Assembly (NCBI RefSeq): GCF_001194135.2
Contig: NC_068981.1
Span: 104,444,243-104,508,242 of the forward strand
Direction: 5' to 3'
From: Octopus bimaculoides
Taxonomy: Eukaryota
DNA: 64,000 bases
Shown: in pieces, positions 38,575 to 51,620 of the stretch
How positions within the stretch are numbered: position 1 is the first letter of the stretch
How the letters are laid out: the number at the start of each line of letters is the position of its first letter
Translations under genes and position numbers: made by a program
Notes under the pieces: generated by a model
The model's input: only the letters and a program-made list of their open reading frames with translations
Databases searched by the model: none
What the model was told of the DNA's origin: nothing

Positions 38575-40445
38575 TTTGAGGAAACTAGGGAAAGATGAAT
38601 GGTTAGTGAGAGCTGTGCAAGCCATGTACAGGGATGCTGTCAGTAAGGTGAGGGTTGGCAACGAGTACAGTCAAGAATTAGAAGTAGGTGTAGGGGTCCA
38701 CCAAGGATCAGTCCTCTGCCCCTCTTATTCATCATAGTCCTCCAGCAATAACAGAGAAATTCAAGACAGGATGCTACTGGGAGCTCCTCTATGCTGATGA
38801 CCTTGCTCTAATTGCTGAGTCACTATTAGAACTAGAGGAGAAGTTTCAGGTGTGGAAGCAAGGATTGGAATCGAAGGGCCTTAGAGTCAACCTAGCTAAA
38901 ACCAAAGTCTTAATAAGTAGGAAGGCAGACAAACCACAAATCCCTTCAGGTAGATGGCCCTGCTCGATCTGTAGAAAAGGCATAGGTAGAAACTGCATAA
39001 GATGTACCTAGTGTAAGCTATGGACACATAAGAGGTGCAGCAATATCAAAGGGAGGCTAACTGGGGAGATAGGCTTTGTATGTGGCAAATGCTCAGGTGC
39101 TATAAACACTGAAAATGTGCAGAAAACAGCTTCTGTTACATTCCCGGGAAAAAAACTAGAAGTAGTTGATAGCTTCCGTTACAATGCTCTGAAGGTGTAG
39201 CTGCTAGAATAAGAATAACCTGGGAAAAGTTCAGAGACCTCCTACCTCTGCTGGTGACAAAAGAGTAAAAGGTAGACTGTATGACGCATGTGTACGAACT
39301 GCCATGCTACATGGCAGTGAAACATGGGCTGTGACTGCTGAGGACATGCATTAGCTTGCAAGGAATGAAGCCAGTATGCTCCGCTGGATGTGTAATGTCA
39401 GTGTGCATGCACAACAGAGTGTAAGCGCCCTGAGAGAAAAGTTGTATTTAAGAAGCATCAGATGTAGTGTACAAGAGAGACGATTGTGCTGGTATGGCTG
39501 TGTTGCGAATGATTGAGGCCAGCTGTGTGAAAAAGTGTCACACTAGCAGTTGAGGGAACCTGTGGAAGAGGAAGACCTGGGATGAGGTGGTGAAGCACGA
39601 CCTTCAAACACTGGGCCTCACCGAAGCAATGACTAGTGACCGAGACCTTTGGAGATATGCTGTACTTGAGAAGACCCAACAAGTCAAGTGAGATGATGGC
39701 CCATGACCTATGCCAGTGGGTGCAACCAGCCCACTTATGAATAAACTTTGCTTGCAAAGACCTATTGAGGCAAGTGTAAACAAAAATCAAAATCGCTGAC
39801 GTGGCTAATGACAGTACCGCCTAATTGGCACTCATGTGAGTGGAATGTTAAAAGCACATCTGAACATAGGGTGTTACTGGCCCACTGATGAGTATCCCTC
39901 ATTCATTGGACAATAAACTTTGCTTGTGAAGATCTATTGAGGCAAATGTAAACAAATCAAAATCACTGATGTAGCCGATGACAGTACCGCCTGATTGGCA
40001 CTCGTGCCGGTGGAACGTTAAAAGCACATCCAAGCATTATCGTTGCCAGGGCCAGGGATTGGCTCCCATGCCAGTGACATATGAAAAGCACCATTCAAGT
40101 GTGACTGTTGCCAGCATCGCCTTATCGGCACATGTGCTGGTGGCATGTGAAAAGCAACATTCGAGCGTGGTCGTTGCCAATGCCACCAGACTGGCTCCTG
40201 TGCAGGTAGCACGTAAAAACACCTTTGAACGTAGTCATTACCAGAACCACCTGACTGGCCCTTGTGCCAGTGGCACGTAAAAGCACCCACTACACTCTCG
40301 GAGTGGTTGGTTTCAGGAAGGGAATCCAGCTGTAGAAACTTTGTCAGATCAGATTGAGCCTGGTGCAGCCTCTGGCTCACCAGTCTTCAGTCAAACCGTC
40401 CAACTCATGCCAGCATGGAAAGCAGACGTTAAAAGATGATGATGA
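38575..40445 (+). mobile_element. 5'-truncated RTE-clade LINE, RT C-half plus long repetitive 3' UTR ending in (GAT)n
   Basis: GVHQGSVL, LYADDL (38790-38801), LRVNLAKTKV, C-x2-C zinc-knuckle-like segment, LHGSETW, GRGRP..WDE; frameshifts and stops. Confidence 0.9.
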
Positions 40446-40493
40446 TATATGTGCAGATGTATGTACACATATATACATGCATACATACATACA

Positions 40494-40551
<58 letters not shown>

Positions 40552-40644
40552 TGTATGTATGTATGTATGTATGCATGTATATATGTGATACAATAGTGAA
40601 AGTATTAAGCTGAAAGAATTATCTCACATAACAATAGCAATGTT

Positions 40645-40880
40645 AATGTTTCACTTTTGACATGTAATACTGAAATAGTGTAAGAGGTAAGAGATTGCTC
40701 CGGGCTCGCATTAGGCAAGAAGTTGAAAATTTGTTTGTCCCATGACACTGCATGTGTTAAATTTGAATGAAATCCATTGGGTAGTTCTTGAGTTTTAGTG
40801 ATGCACACTTACAGACACACACACAGACAAACAGACCGACAGACAGACACACAAACATTCTCAATTTTACATATATAGAT
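40645..40880 (+). mobile_element. HINE-type element 3' part
   Basis: Shares blocks with 57950-58165; internal (CAGA)n and terminal attttacatatatagat. Confidence 0.5.
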
Positions 40881-40884
40881 TTGT

Positions 40885-41990
40885 GGGGGATATATTTTCC
40901 AAAGGGGTGGGAAAAGGAGTTTCAGAAAATTCATACGATCTGATTTCTTCCCTCATAGCTTTCAGGAAAATGGACATCTTTTAATGAAAGTTTATATAAA
41001 TACATTTCAAATGGCATAGATTACGATTATAAAGAAATTTGCAAGGAAACTTTTTTCCAAGGGTGGGGTGAGGAGTTTTGAAAAAACAGAGTTTCGGATA
41101 AGGATGACCACGTAAGTTTATTTTTTTGCCAAAAGTAATCAATTTTAGCCAATTTTTTGCAATTAAAAACAATGGGAGGAGCCTTTTCGGTAAAAGAAAA
41201 AGAAAGAATTAATATTTTCAGAGGTAAAAGTGTGATTTAAGCGGGATTTGGCTGTCACTTTTAGCACATCCCAAGACAACCCTCCTTGTTTCTTCACTCT
41301 TGCATGTATTGATGTTTTTCAATATTTTTTCTCTCCATTAACATATTTATGCTATTGAAAAAAAAAATTTGAAAATTTTTGATTTTTTTTTCAATCCCAC
41401 TCCTCACCCCTGATTGTTTCTGTTTATAATTTCAGCTCATTTTTGAGGTCATTTCTGGCATTTATCCACAGTGATTTTTAAAAAATAATTATGTAAATGA
41501 TAATTAATTTTAGATAGCATAATTTTCTGTTAGAAAATGTTTTTGTCTTACATACACATGGCCTTGCTTAATTAAGGTGGGGGTAAAAATTTTAATTACC
41601 ATTTTTTTGTTGATGCTTATATCCCACCAATGGAGCATGCATGTGGTCCATTGGTATCATCATTAAGGGGGGAGGGGAATAAAAGAATCCTAAATTTTCC
41701 AAACCGATTTTTCATAAAAAGATGCTCTCCATCATTTTGAAGGCTGTGGTAAAAAACAATTGGAAAAATCGCTATTAAAATGGTGAAATTCCAACTTATG
41801 TGGTCATCTTGATCTGAAACTCCTCTTCCCACTCCCCACACATTTTCTTTATAATTGTAATCTATGCCATTTGAAAAGTATTTGTATAAACTTTCATGAA
41901 AAGATACCCATTTTACTGAAAGTTATGAGGGAAAAAATTAGATCGTATGAATTTTCCCAAAATCCTCTCCCCACCTCTTCGGCAAAAAAT
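40885..41990. mobile_element. About 1.1-kb element with long imperfect inverted termini
   Basis: 40900-41040 is the reverse complement of about 41840-41985; same motif at 38470-38575. Confidence 0.55.
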
Positions 41991-43009
41991 CCTGATACCA
42001 GATTTCATAACATTTTTTTAAAATCATATGTTGTGTCCTAAAATGGCATACAACACAGCTTATTATTTGATGTTACTTGTAAACAGTTTTTTCTTGAGAC
42101 ATTACTGCTCTCAGTTCATTTTTGGCTGTCTATAGCTGTGAAAATTACTTTTCTCCTGAACAATTTGTTAATATAGAACAGTCGTAATGTAGCTTCCACA
42201 TAAGGGGAAAATAAATTACTCTCCTCTTGAATACAGATTTTTGTGACAAATTTTTATGGCTGATTCTACTTGATATAAGCATGGGAACATCTCAATTTAA
42301 GTGTAAGATTAATATCAGTTTCTATTTTTGACACAAGACCAGTAATTTTGGGGAAGGACTTCAGTTAATTACATCAGCCCCCACTAATCAAATGGTACTT
42401 ATTTTATTAACTCAAAAGGAGGAAAAGCAAAGTCAAACTCAATGGAATTTGAACTCAGAATGTTAAGATGAACAAAATACTGCTAAGCAATTTATCTGGC
42501 ATTGCTAACTGTAAGATTAATATCAACATTGTCTGGCTACTTTTTAATCAAACTTTCTCCTGTTCCATGCAACTGTACTTCTGAATCTTTCAAATCAAGT
42601 AAATATTTACTTCAAGGACATCTATTATAGGAATGAAGGATTTTACTTGAAATGTCTCTCCTGGAGAGAAATCTTCATAAGTATCAAATACATTGTTGAC
42701 TTTATTATTTTTTTTTTTTTTCATCATTTTCTTTTCCCTACACATTTGTAATCTAAATCAGCCAATTTAATATAATTTTTTGTTCAATGTATTCGAAATT
42801 CTCTCAAAAATATGTTATAATGTAAGAAAACAGATTTGTACATGTGGTAACTACAACAAGTGGTTCATAAAGATTCTTTTTGGTTTCTTGAAACTCCTAC
42901 AGCAAATAAGATCATAAACAGAGCATAAATACAAACTCAAGCTCCTGTATTTTTTTCAGATGAGTATCAGCTTGTATTCTTTTGACTTAGAAGAGCATCT
43001 AGAACTGAC

Positions 43010-43119
43010 CTGTAACTTTCATTTATAGCAGACACGGCACTGAAATGAGCTTTCCACCAAGAGTCAGGCTGATAATTTGGCACTTTGGAATCTGTATTCA
43101 AGAATGATAACACAACCAC
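43010..43119 (-). other. Candidate 110-nt exon (UTR exon of the SDR or exon of an unidentified gene)
   Basis: Acceptor ccaccttttcttcaaacag, donor CAG|gtcagt; one frame open (VVVLSFLNTDSKVPNYQPDSWWKAHFSAVSAINESY), no recognised homology. Confidence 0.35.
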
Positions 43120-44597
43120 CTGTTTGAAGAAAAGGTGGAGAAAAGTACATATCTTATGGAAAACAGCAAAAATGTTTACTGCATTTAAAACAGCAATCTA
43201 CTGTAGCATTGCCAAGATTTAATGAAACTCTAGCACAAAATATACACAACATGCTTGTTAATCTCTTGGAAGTTTTTGCTGCATTCCATTGTATTTACCA
43301 GACATATATGCTGCATCATCATATGACTTATCACAGTGTTTATTCAAAGCGACTTTGCAAATACTATTAAGTTCCTACCATATCCACTACACTTCCACTC
43401 CAGTGATTTCCCACATCTAGAAAAGTTAGACAGCATTCAACAAATTAACTTTTAGCAGGTGATTCATATCTGACTATAAAAGTTAGCTGATTCATGTAGA
43501 AAAGATCTGGTACACAGACCCACTGAAGTAGTCTGCTTTTCTCAGATCATCTATAATTGATTTTCTGATTCTATCAGCCAGAAGCTGAATAAGTTCATCA
43601 CATAATTTCTTAGACAAATATGAAGAAGAACCAGGTTCTTTCTTTCTATATTATTTAATGTGATTAGAAAGGGATGGATCAAACTTAGTATAAAATATTC
43701 TAACAGACAAAGGTGGTTTGTCCACATTACTCCATAAGGAGTATTGGGCCAATTTCCTGGTTTTTCTGATACATATAGTCCTTCCTGGACAGGACACCAG
43801 TCTGTTGCAAGATTACTCAATTTTATCAGCTGAGTGGATTGGAGCAGTATGAAATGAAGTGTTTTGCTCAAGAACACAACAGGTTGGCTGGTCCAGGAAT
43901 TGAAATCACAATCTTACAGTCATGAGTCCAACATCCAAACTACTAAGCCAAGCACCTTCACAACAGACAAAGGCACTTGCCATTATTTTGAGATCCTTAA
44001 AACAATACCATATTCTGTGTATCACTGTAAAGAGCCTCCAGTACAGCTGAAGGCTCTTTTTAGCTTTTTATTTCTCTGTTTATCTTCAATATAGTTTGAA
44101 CCATGCTTTGTTGTCAAGTATGTTAGCAAAACTGTTCTTTGCTTTTTTAATGTTTCTACGACTTTTGAACTGCAGTCAGAGTCAGAAAACAACTGATGTT
44201 GAAAATAGCAGTTGAAGAGCAGATAAACTATTCCTGACCCTATATTTTATCATTAATTTTTCTGGACTGCAAAAGACCTTTTAAACAATATTTATCTTGA
44301 TTTTTCTTTTTGATGCTTAGAGTTTTAAAGTGAGCTGTTACAGTTAAAGACTGTTATGGTTCCGGTATAAGGCCCATCCTTAGCTAAGACATATTTTTGG
44401 CCAAGATCGGTGAGTCTCTTCAGTTTTCTTGTTTCAATTGTGGAGTTGACTCTGTAACTCACAATTTCATCACCTCTATGGTTTCCCTCAGCTGAGAATC
44501 CAGGCTCTGTTGTTTCAGTAGCAGAGGCACTGAGCTAATACAGTTCTATATTTAAGAGATGAGGAATTATGTACATTATTTACATTTGTTTGTTGTT

Positions 44598-44643
44598 AAC
44601 ACAACGTTTCGGCTGATATCTCCTCCAGCCTTCATCAGGTGTC
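44598..44643 (-). ncRNA. Minimal type I hammerhead ribozyme motif (Penelope type)
   Basis: Minus strand: GACAC CUGAUGA A GGCUG-GAGGAGAUAU-CAGCC GAA ACGU U GUGUU; helix I GACAC/GUGUU, 5-bp helix II, palindromic ACGU helix III, GUU triplet. Confidence 0.7.
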
Positions 44644-44940
44644 TTGGGGAAATTTCAAACCTGGGTTCACATTCCTAAGGTATTTTTCGATGTTATTATT
44701 ATTATTATTATTATTCAGGTCACTACCTGAAATTGAACTCAGAATCTTGGGGTTAGTAACCTGCGCTCTTAACCACTACACCATATACCCATGGGCATAT
44801 GGCGTAGTGGTTAAGAGTGCGGGCTACTAACCCCAAGATTCCGAGTTCGATTCCAGGCAGTGACCTGAGTAATAATAATAATGATAATAACATCGAAAAA
44901 TACCATAGGAAGGAGAACCCAGATTCAAAATTTCCCCCAA

Positions 44941-44986
44941 GACATCTGATGAAGGCTGGAGGGTATAGCCGCCGAAACGTTGTGTT
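44941..44986 (+). ncRNA. Second copy of the minimal hammerhead motif (right arm of the fold-back)
   Basis: GACAU CUGAUGA A GGCUG GAGGGUAUAG CCGCC GAA ACGU U GUGUU; one helix II mismatch and a wobble in helix I. Confidence 0.6.
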
Positions 44987-46224
44987 AACAACAAACAAGA
45001 TGAGGACAAATATCCGTCAAATGTTAACAATGTGAAGGCACTGAGCTATAGTGATTTTTGGATTTCGCTGGTCAATTTGTATTTGTGGATCCTAATCTGT
45101 TGCTGGAGTAAAATATCAGCCAAGCATTTGTGTATTTTGAAGTTGTTCTTCAAGCTGTTCTTTTCTTTAGGCTTCATTCACATATCTTTTGAGGATTCTG
45201 CTTCCTATCAGTGCAGGAACAAACAGTAACATGGATAGGATACAGTAAAAACAAATAAATAAAATACATAATTGCAATTTATTCAAAATATTCATAGTTT
45301 TTAAGATATATTATGATTTAAGACATATCAGTTTCAAATTTTGGCACAAGGCCAGCAATTTGAGGGGAGAGGGATAAGTCAATTACATTGACCCCCAGTG
45401 TTCAACTGGTACTTATTTTATCAACCCGAAAAGGATGAAAGGCAAAATTGACCTCAGTAGAATTTAGAGACAAAATGCTGCTAATTATTTTTTCTGACAT
45501 GCTAATGATTCTGTCAGTTTGCTGCCTTTATGATGTAAGACATTATTTGTTAATCACTTCAATTGTAACCCAATTCTTTGGGTTACAGTATTAGCACTGA
45601 AGACTATCTTTATATAAGTGCAAAGCAAATCAGTTACAGAATCCTATTTTTTGCCAAACAATACAAACAGGAAGAGTTGAGCACCAGCACTCCAAGTGAA
45701 ACAATCACCGGTTAAACAATATTGTTGTTGTGAGTTGTAGAGTGTTGTTGACTGGTCTGAGGTGACGACTAGTTGAGTTGTTGAATGAAAATGTATTTCT
45801 CAGACTGTGGGAAGAAAAAACTGACAATAGCTATGAACAATTAACAGAAGACTATATAACTGCACGTAGAGTTTAACTGCATTAGTTTTTTTACAAACAA
45901 TAACAGCTATAAGTACATACTTGGAGAGACATCCTACTTGGAGTTCACGACAAGCTTACTGGTACAGTAATCTGTGGCTGGCCCATCATAACTGGAAACA
46001 ATTGTAGTATATTTGTGGTAAAAAAAATTCTTGTCGACAATGGGCCATTTGTCTTAACTGGCTGTCTGTGTTGTGTGGTGAGAATGGAGACATAACACAG
46101 CTGTTTTAACATTCTGCAATTACTGCTAAAAGGCACCTTTTTATAGGGCACAAGGAAAAGGTTCTGGAAGGAGAAAATTCAAGAGAAGATTCAATGAGGC
46201 AATGATTTGATGCTGATCGGTTGC

Positions 46225-46447
46225 TTAACCCTTTAGCATTTAAACCAGCCACATCTGGCCCAAATATTATACCTGTTTTATGTTCAAACTGGCCAGATCC
46301 AGCCTCTCCCACCTACCCTACAATGTCATTCTTAGAATAAACAATCACATCAGTAAAATCTCACTGCTACAAGATAATGCATAATTAATTCAAAACAATA
46401 TGAATAAATAAGCATTACATTTGACAAAGTAATCTGAATGCCAAGGA
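46225..46447. mobile_element. piggyBac-type MITE, second family
   Basis: TTAA-ccctttagcatt left end; right end gaatgccaagg degenerate. Confidence 0.5.
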
Positions 46448-46984
46448 TCAATCATGTGAAACTATTGTGGTTTGATCGTGATGCCTGACCAGTTACCTAG
46501 CAGTCTGGTTTCAGATTACTGCTACACCACCATAGATGCAGGCATAGTTGTGTGGTTTAGAGGTTTGCTTTGCAACCATGTGGTTCTGGGTTCAATCCCA
46601 CAATGCAGCACCTTGGGCAAGTGTCCTCTACTATAGTCTCATACCAGCCATTACCTTATGAGTGAATCTAGTTGATAGAAACTGTAAGAAGCCTGTCATA
46701 TATGCATGTATGTACATCATTATTCAGTTTTATTTTAAGAATTTTTGCCAATAGAGAAAGGGTCAGTTTCTAACCTAGATCCAAGGTTCCTGCATTGAAA
46801 TTTCAACAACACCAAAAGGGTAATATTGTATATATGTATACGTACAGATGTGTATGTTTTGTTTTATGTATGTATTCTCATGCATATACTTGCATATCTA
46901 GACATGCTCACATATATTTAAATGATAAGCTTCTGGAGAGTTTTATAGGTCCAGTGATAGCTTGGATCTCTAGTCTTCAAATCA

Positions 46985-47165
46985 GCTTTCTCCTTTCTGG
47001 TTTTGAGGAGCCTAATTTCTCAAGATTGGTATTTAGGCAGTGTGTTTTGTTACAGGTACCATTGTAAGATATGTTTTCATCCACATCTAGACACCTGTAA
47101 TATTCCTCATCCGATATAGGGAAAACAGTTAAGTCATTGATGGAGATGTTGCTACACTGGTTTAC
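46985..47165 (-). mobile_element. Non-LTR retrotransposon RT fragment (R4/Dong-like)
   Basis: INDLTVFPISDEEYYRCLDVDENISYNG resembles the post-YADD YkYLG region. Confidence 0.5.
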
Positions 47166-48039
47166 AGTTTTCCCTCTTTTCACAATCATATAGTAACATG
47201 TATGTATGTATGCATGCATGCATGTATGTATGTATGCCTGTTTGTATGCATGAACATATGTATGTGTGCATGTATGTATGTATGCATGCATGCATGCATA
47301 TGTGTATGTATGTATGCATGGTGTGTGTATAGGTGTGTGTCTGTTTGTCTCCTCACTCCTTGTCAATGGGTATTGACTTGCTTACATCCCCATAACTTCG
47401 CAGTTCAGCAAAATAGATCAATAAAATAAATACCTAACTTTAAAAAAAATAAGTACCAGGGCTCATTCGTTTGACTTACCCACTACTATGTGATGCTCCA
47501 GTATGACTGCAATCAATAACTGAAACAAGTAAAAGAGTTAAAAAAAAAGCTTGCAGTTGTGAGATTTCTTTTCTTCTATTTTACACACTGCTACATTGTT
47601 CGTCAATGTTATTAGGAAATATATAAAATACTTGACTGTAGCACTTTTGGAAATTATAATGTGAAATAAGTAATTTGAGGCCACATTGAATAAGAGGTCT
47701 GTCCAAAAGAAAAAAAGGAAGTAAAAATAGACCTTTAAAACAGCACACCAACCAGTTAGCTGTACAGCATGCTTATGAATGTAGAGCTGTATATGGTGAC
47801 CTTAACTTTCTGTCTAATAATAACCACATTATGCCACATCAGAGCTTGAGAGAATGTATGTTTAGTTTACTAGCAGATTTGTCGAAGGATTTAGAAGGAC
47901 AATTTGTTTGTGTCAAATGACAACAGACCTATAGTAAGGATTGTTTGAGTCATGCACAATGTCATAAGAGATATCAGTATTTCAAATTAATGTCGTAATT
48001 GCAGTAGATTTGACCATTATTGCCAAAACCAGTAAAAAA

Positions 48040-48500
48040 AAAATGTCAAAATTGCTCAAATGTGAAGGGAATGTTGGTATCAGCTTCTTTTTTATTAGAA
48101 GGGTATCATGAACTTGTTCCACAAAGTCAGACAATCAATAAAAGTTTTTATGTGAGTATACTGAGGCATTTGAGAAGGGCAATGCAGTGTGGACAAACAA
48201 AAAGCTAGAAGTTCCACTATGACAATGCACTTGCTCCCTCATCACTCCTCAACTATGACTTTTTGACTAAGAAAAACTGATTCCTATTCATTAACCACTC
48301 CACTCTTTGATTTGCCCTCTGCTGGTTTTTGCCTGTTCTCAAAGCTGAAATCTATCAGAAAGGTCAGAGACTTAATATGACAGAAGAGATCAAAGAAAAA
48401 TTGAAATTGAAATGGTACACTCCTTTGTACATTCCAAAACTAGGCAAAACATTAGGAGTGGTGTATCAATAATGGAAGGGAACTAATTCCAAGGGAAAAA
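48040..48500 (+). mobile_element. Mariner catalytic-domain remnant
   Basis: SNVKGML...HELVPQSQTINKSFYVSILRHLR, FHYDNA, and HS.DL..A.F.LFSKLK. Confidence 0.7.
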
Positions 48501-49600
48501 ATTTAATCAAATTGTAACTAAAGTAATAACTTTGCTGTTGTAGCATAGGTGTATTACAGTATAGGTAGGTGTATTACATCCCTTTGGTGGTAAACACCAC
48601 CAGGGAGCAAGGTAGCTGAATTACATCCCTTCGCTAGTAAATGCCACCAGGTGGCATGGCAGCTGACACCTATATATTCTGGTGTTTTGGGGCGATCTTT
48701 CTCTCTTGCCATTTCAACACCAAGGGGCATGAATATCTCTCTTCTGCCTAATACCACAGACTACATGCGATTACCATTGTTCTAACAATGTTTGCCTATC
48801 TGTCTTCTTATTAGCGTCATTATAATGATGCCTGCCTAATAGATTTTAGACCACTGTCATTTTCCTGCTTTATCATGGCAATTTGTTCAGCAACTAACTT
48901 TATTGCCACAGCCTACAAGACAAAAATGACTGTCATGTTACCAACTTCATTGACACCTGTTATGAATTTGTATCAGCAAGTTCAAGCCATGAACTGAATA
49001 TATATTTTTGACTAAGCCTCACACACAACACTGCACACGTGTTTCAAGCACCCTTGTAATTTTGTCGCACAACTTGTTAGCTTTTACTTGTTATCCAAAG
49101 GATCCACAACCTATGAATATTTTATTTCTTACATTGTGTGAAAAGCTGTGTTTGTATTCTCTTTCTGAATAAATTTTATTTATTGTTGTAAGCAGTTTTC
49201 ATCTTCTTACACAAACTTAACATACGAAACTGTTTTAATAAATGTTTGCTTTCTTCTTGTTTTGAACAGCCCTCATATGAAAATAAGGTTAAATTCAAGA
49301 AAAAGATTCCATTCAAAGGCAGTATATCCAAGGGACAGAATCATCATTTTCATTGTCACAATGTCTGATGACCATTTGAACTTGCCTGTTGCGAGTACAC
49401 AGAATCCTTGTACACAGGCTCGTTGCCAGACTTTGGTTCTTGGGGATGCCTTAGAATATTCTGGGTGGGAACTAATTTGTATTGTGGAAGGTTTTTTGTA
49501 AACTGTATTTCCTAAATCTGAGAGTGCACCATTGAATAGTGAGGGGGGGGGGGCAGTGCCATCCAGTGCAAAACCCCTTAGTGACAGGCATGTGTACACA

Positions 49601-49834
49601 TTAACCTTTTTGCTACCAATCTGCTCGAGACCACCTCTGGTCCTTTGATATTAATTTCCTGCTTGAAAGGGATCTAAATTAAAATAACCATAAAATAAAA
49701 CTAGCATAAAAATTTCATGCTAAATTATATTCCATATGCCAGCATAATACCAACAGTTTTTTACTAAAATATTTAATTGCTTTCAAAATTAATTGGAAAA
49801 AAACTAATAAAAAATTATGACAACAAATGGTTAA
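49601..49834. mobile_element. piggyBac-type MITE, diverged copy
   Basis: TTAA termini; internal similarity to 31900-32129. Confidence 0.6.
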
Positions 49835-51424
49835 AGACTATAGTATGTTGAAATGTCATCCAGCAATGCCTTGTTTTTTCTAGCTATTTTCACTTTTTAG
49901 TACTCTTTACCATACCATATATCACAACCCTTTCCTACATCTTAGATGCATATCTAAAATATCACAGCCACAGAACAAAGGAATGCAAAAGTCATGGACA
50001 CTGCTTCTTCTGCCTAAACTACTAAAAAAATAAACTTAACTAAAGGATAATATTTTTTGCTTTCACTAAAAGGACATTAAATAAGATAAAAAATTAAATA
50101 TTTTGGAGTATCTTATAGCATCTTTTTCCAATTATGAAACTTACTAAAATATTCACATTTGTAGCTTTGGTCAGCCCAAGGCTCTGATCAGCACAAGGCT
50201 TTGGTCAGCCCAAGGTGCCATGCAGTGGGCCTGAACCTAGAAACAATGTGGTTGAGAAGCAAGCTTCTTACCACACAGCCATGCCTGCACCTGCATAGGT
50301 GACAGACAAGAGTTGTAACTTGCAATAAGCTTCTGACTGGTTAGATCTACATATGTTGCCATTCTTCCATCACTATACGAATTTCAGTAGATTGGATGAA
50401 AAATAAGGTCACCATAAAGAGACATCTGTACATCAGTGGATTATAGTGATAAATGATTGCACAACACAAGAGCCACTCTCTGTGTCTCCGTGATTACTAT
50501 TTAGTGATGGGCAAAGTAAGATGATCAGTAAGCACATGAAACTGCAAGTTTTACATCTGAATGTCCTTCTCTTAGATGGACAGTGTGACAGCAGTTAGGG
50601 TTCTCTCACTCGCAGTAGCTTTGCTGCACACCAGGAGTATTTTTGCATCTCTGTGTTCGGATGGAATATCGTTACATATGCTAGTTAACACATAGCTGGG
50701 ACCCTGAGAGGTGCTACTACTCCAGTTCAGAAAGACCTGGGAATAACAGTAGCTAAGAGGTGGTTCCTCACTCCTCAAAACCCTGGAACTCCTAAACCAG
50801 AGCCCCACTTCTGACTAAAGTCATACATACATATATGCATAGACACACACACATACATACATACACACGCATGCACACACATACATACATAATACAAACT
50901 TACATGCATATTTTCATACAATTTGCATGTATACATACATACAACTTACATGCATGCATACGTACATACAACTTACATGCATGCATACATAAATACATAT
51001 ATATACTTGCATGCAAAATCACATCCTTAATGGTTGTCCAAAAAGTACAACTGTTGGTGCCATGAACATGTCGTGAAGGCCATAGACACTATCTGTCAGT
51101 CAGTCCCATTGTCAGTCTCTCTGTCCCACAAGGAGACTATTTCTTTTGTCAGAGCTGGCATGAAGTTGACAACAGCTGTAAGGATCACCTTAACTGGTTA
51201 TTAGTAATGGCACAAGGCATACAGTTGAAAATCAATCTGGTAAAGTTCCCAGATACTGCTGTCTCAACATTACTGAAGTCAGACATGATCATGGAATCAT
51301 CTAATTAGGTGATTTATTACAAAACTCCACTCTTTGGTAAGGTCATACTGAGAAGGCAAACAATTGAAAGAAATTGAAATATGATGAATTGATGAAATTA
51401 TGCTGAAACAATGGGTGGCAAGCA

Positions 51425-51620
51425 AGGTATGATCCCATTGAAGTGGATCAAAGAGGGTTTGCAGGCCAGCCCCTCTACAGAGCTTTTAACATATTAGATA
51501 TAATAGAGACTAGTTGGCAGAAGAACACCAAGTTGGCTCTGGAAGTAGCAGAGCTTGCTCCAAAGTGGTTTTGGTATTCTTTGTCGACCATCTGGCTAGA
51601 GGGAACTCAGCGAATGTACA
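51425..51620 (+). mobile_element. REL-endonuclease LINE C-terminal fragment (HERO-like)
   Basis: PIEVDQRGFAGQPLYRAFNILDI...AELAPKWFW resembles PIEVGCRGFAG...AERASRWLW. Confidence 0.5.

Larger units (their letters stand above)
44540..45035. mobile_element. Fold-back element: two inverted arms, each tRNA-derived head + (AAT)n + hammerhead-bearing tail
   Basis: Arms are reverse complements centred on cccatggg (44788-44795); A-box TGGCGTAGTGG and B-box GAGTTCGATTC at about 44799-44852; left arm lacks about 21 nt present in the right arm. Confidence 0.8.

Noticed and set aside
44796-44868. tRNA-like sequence with A/B boxes and an ACT anticodon-like loop
   Set aside because: No proper acceptor stem and it is embedded in a repeated element; treated as a SINE head, not a tRNA gene
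45050-45240. Coiled-coil-looking peptide fragments on the minus strand (KEQLEEQLQNTQ)
   Set aside because: Interrupted by stops, no splice signals and no identifiable family
49262-49599. Overlapping 79-aa (+) and 108-aa (-) ORFs in unique DNA, with a polypyrimidine acceptor at 49269 on +
   Set aside because: No recognisable domain, weak donor and no partner exons; left uncalled
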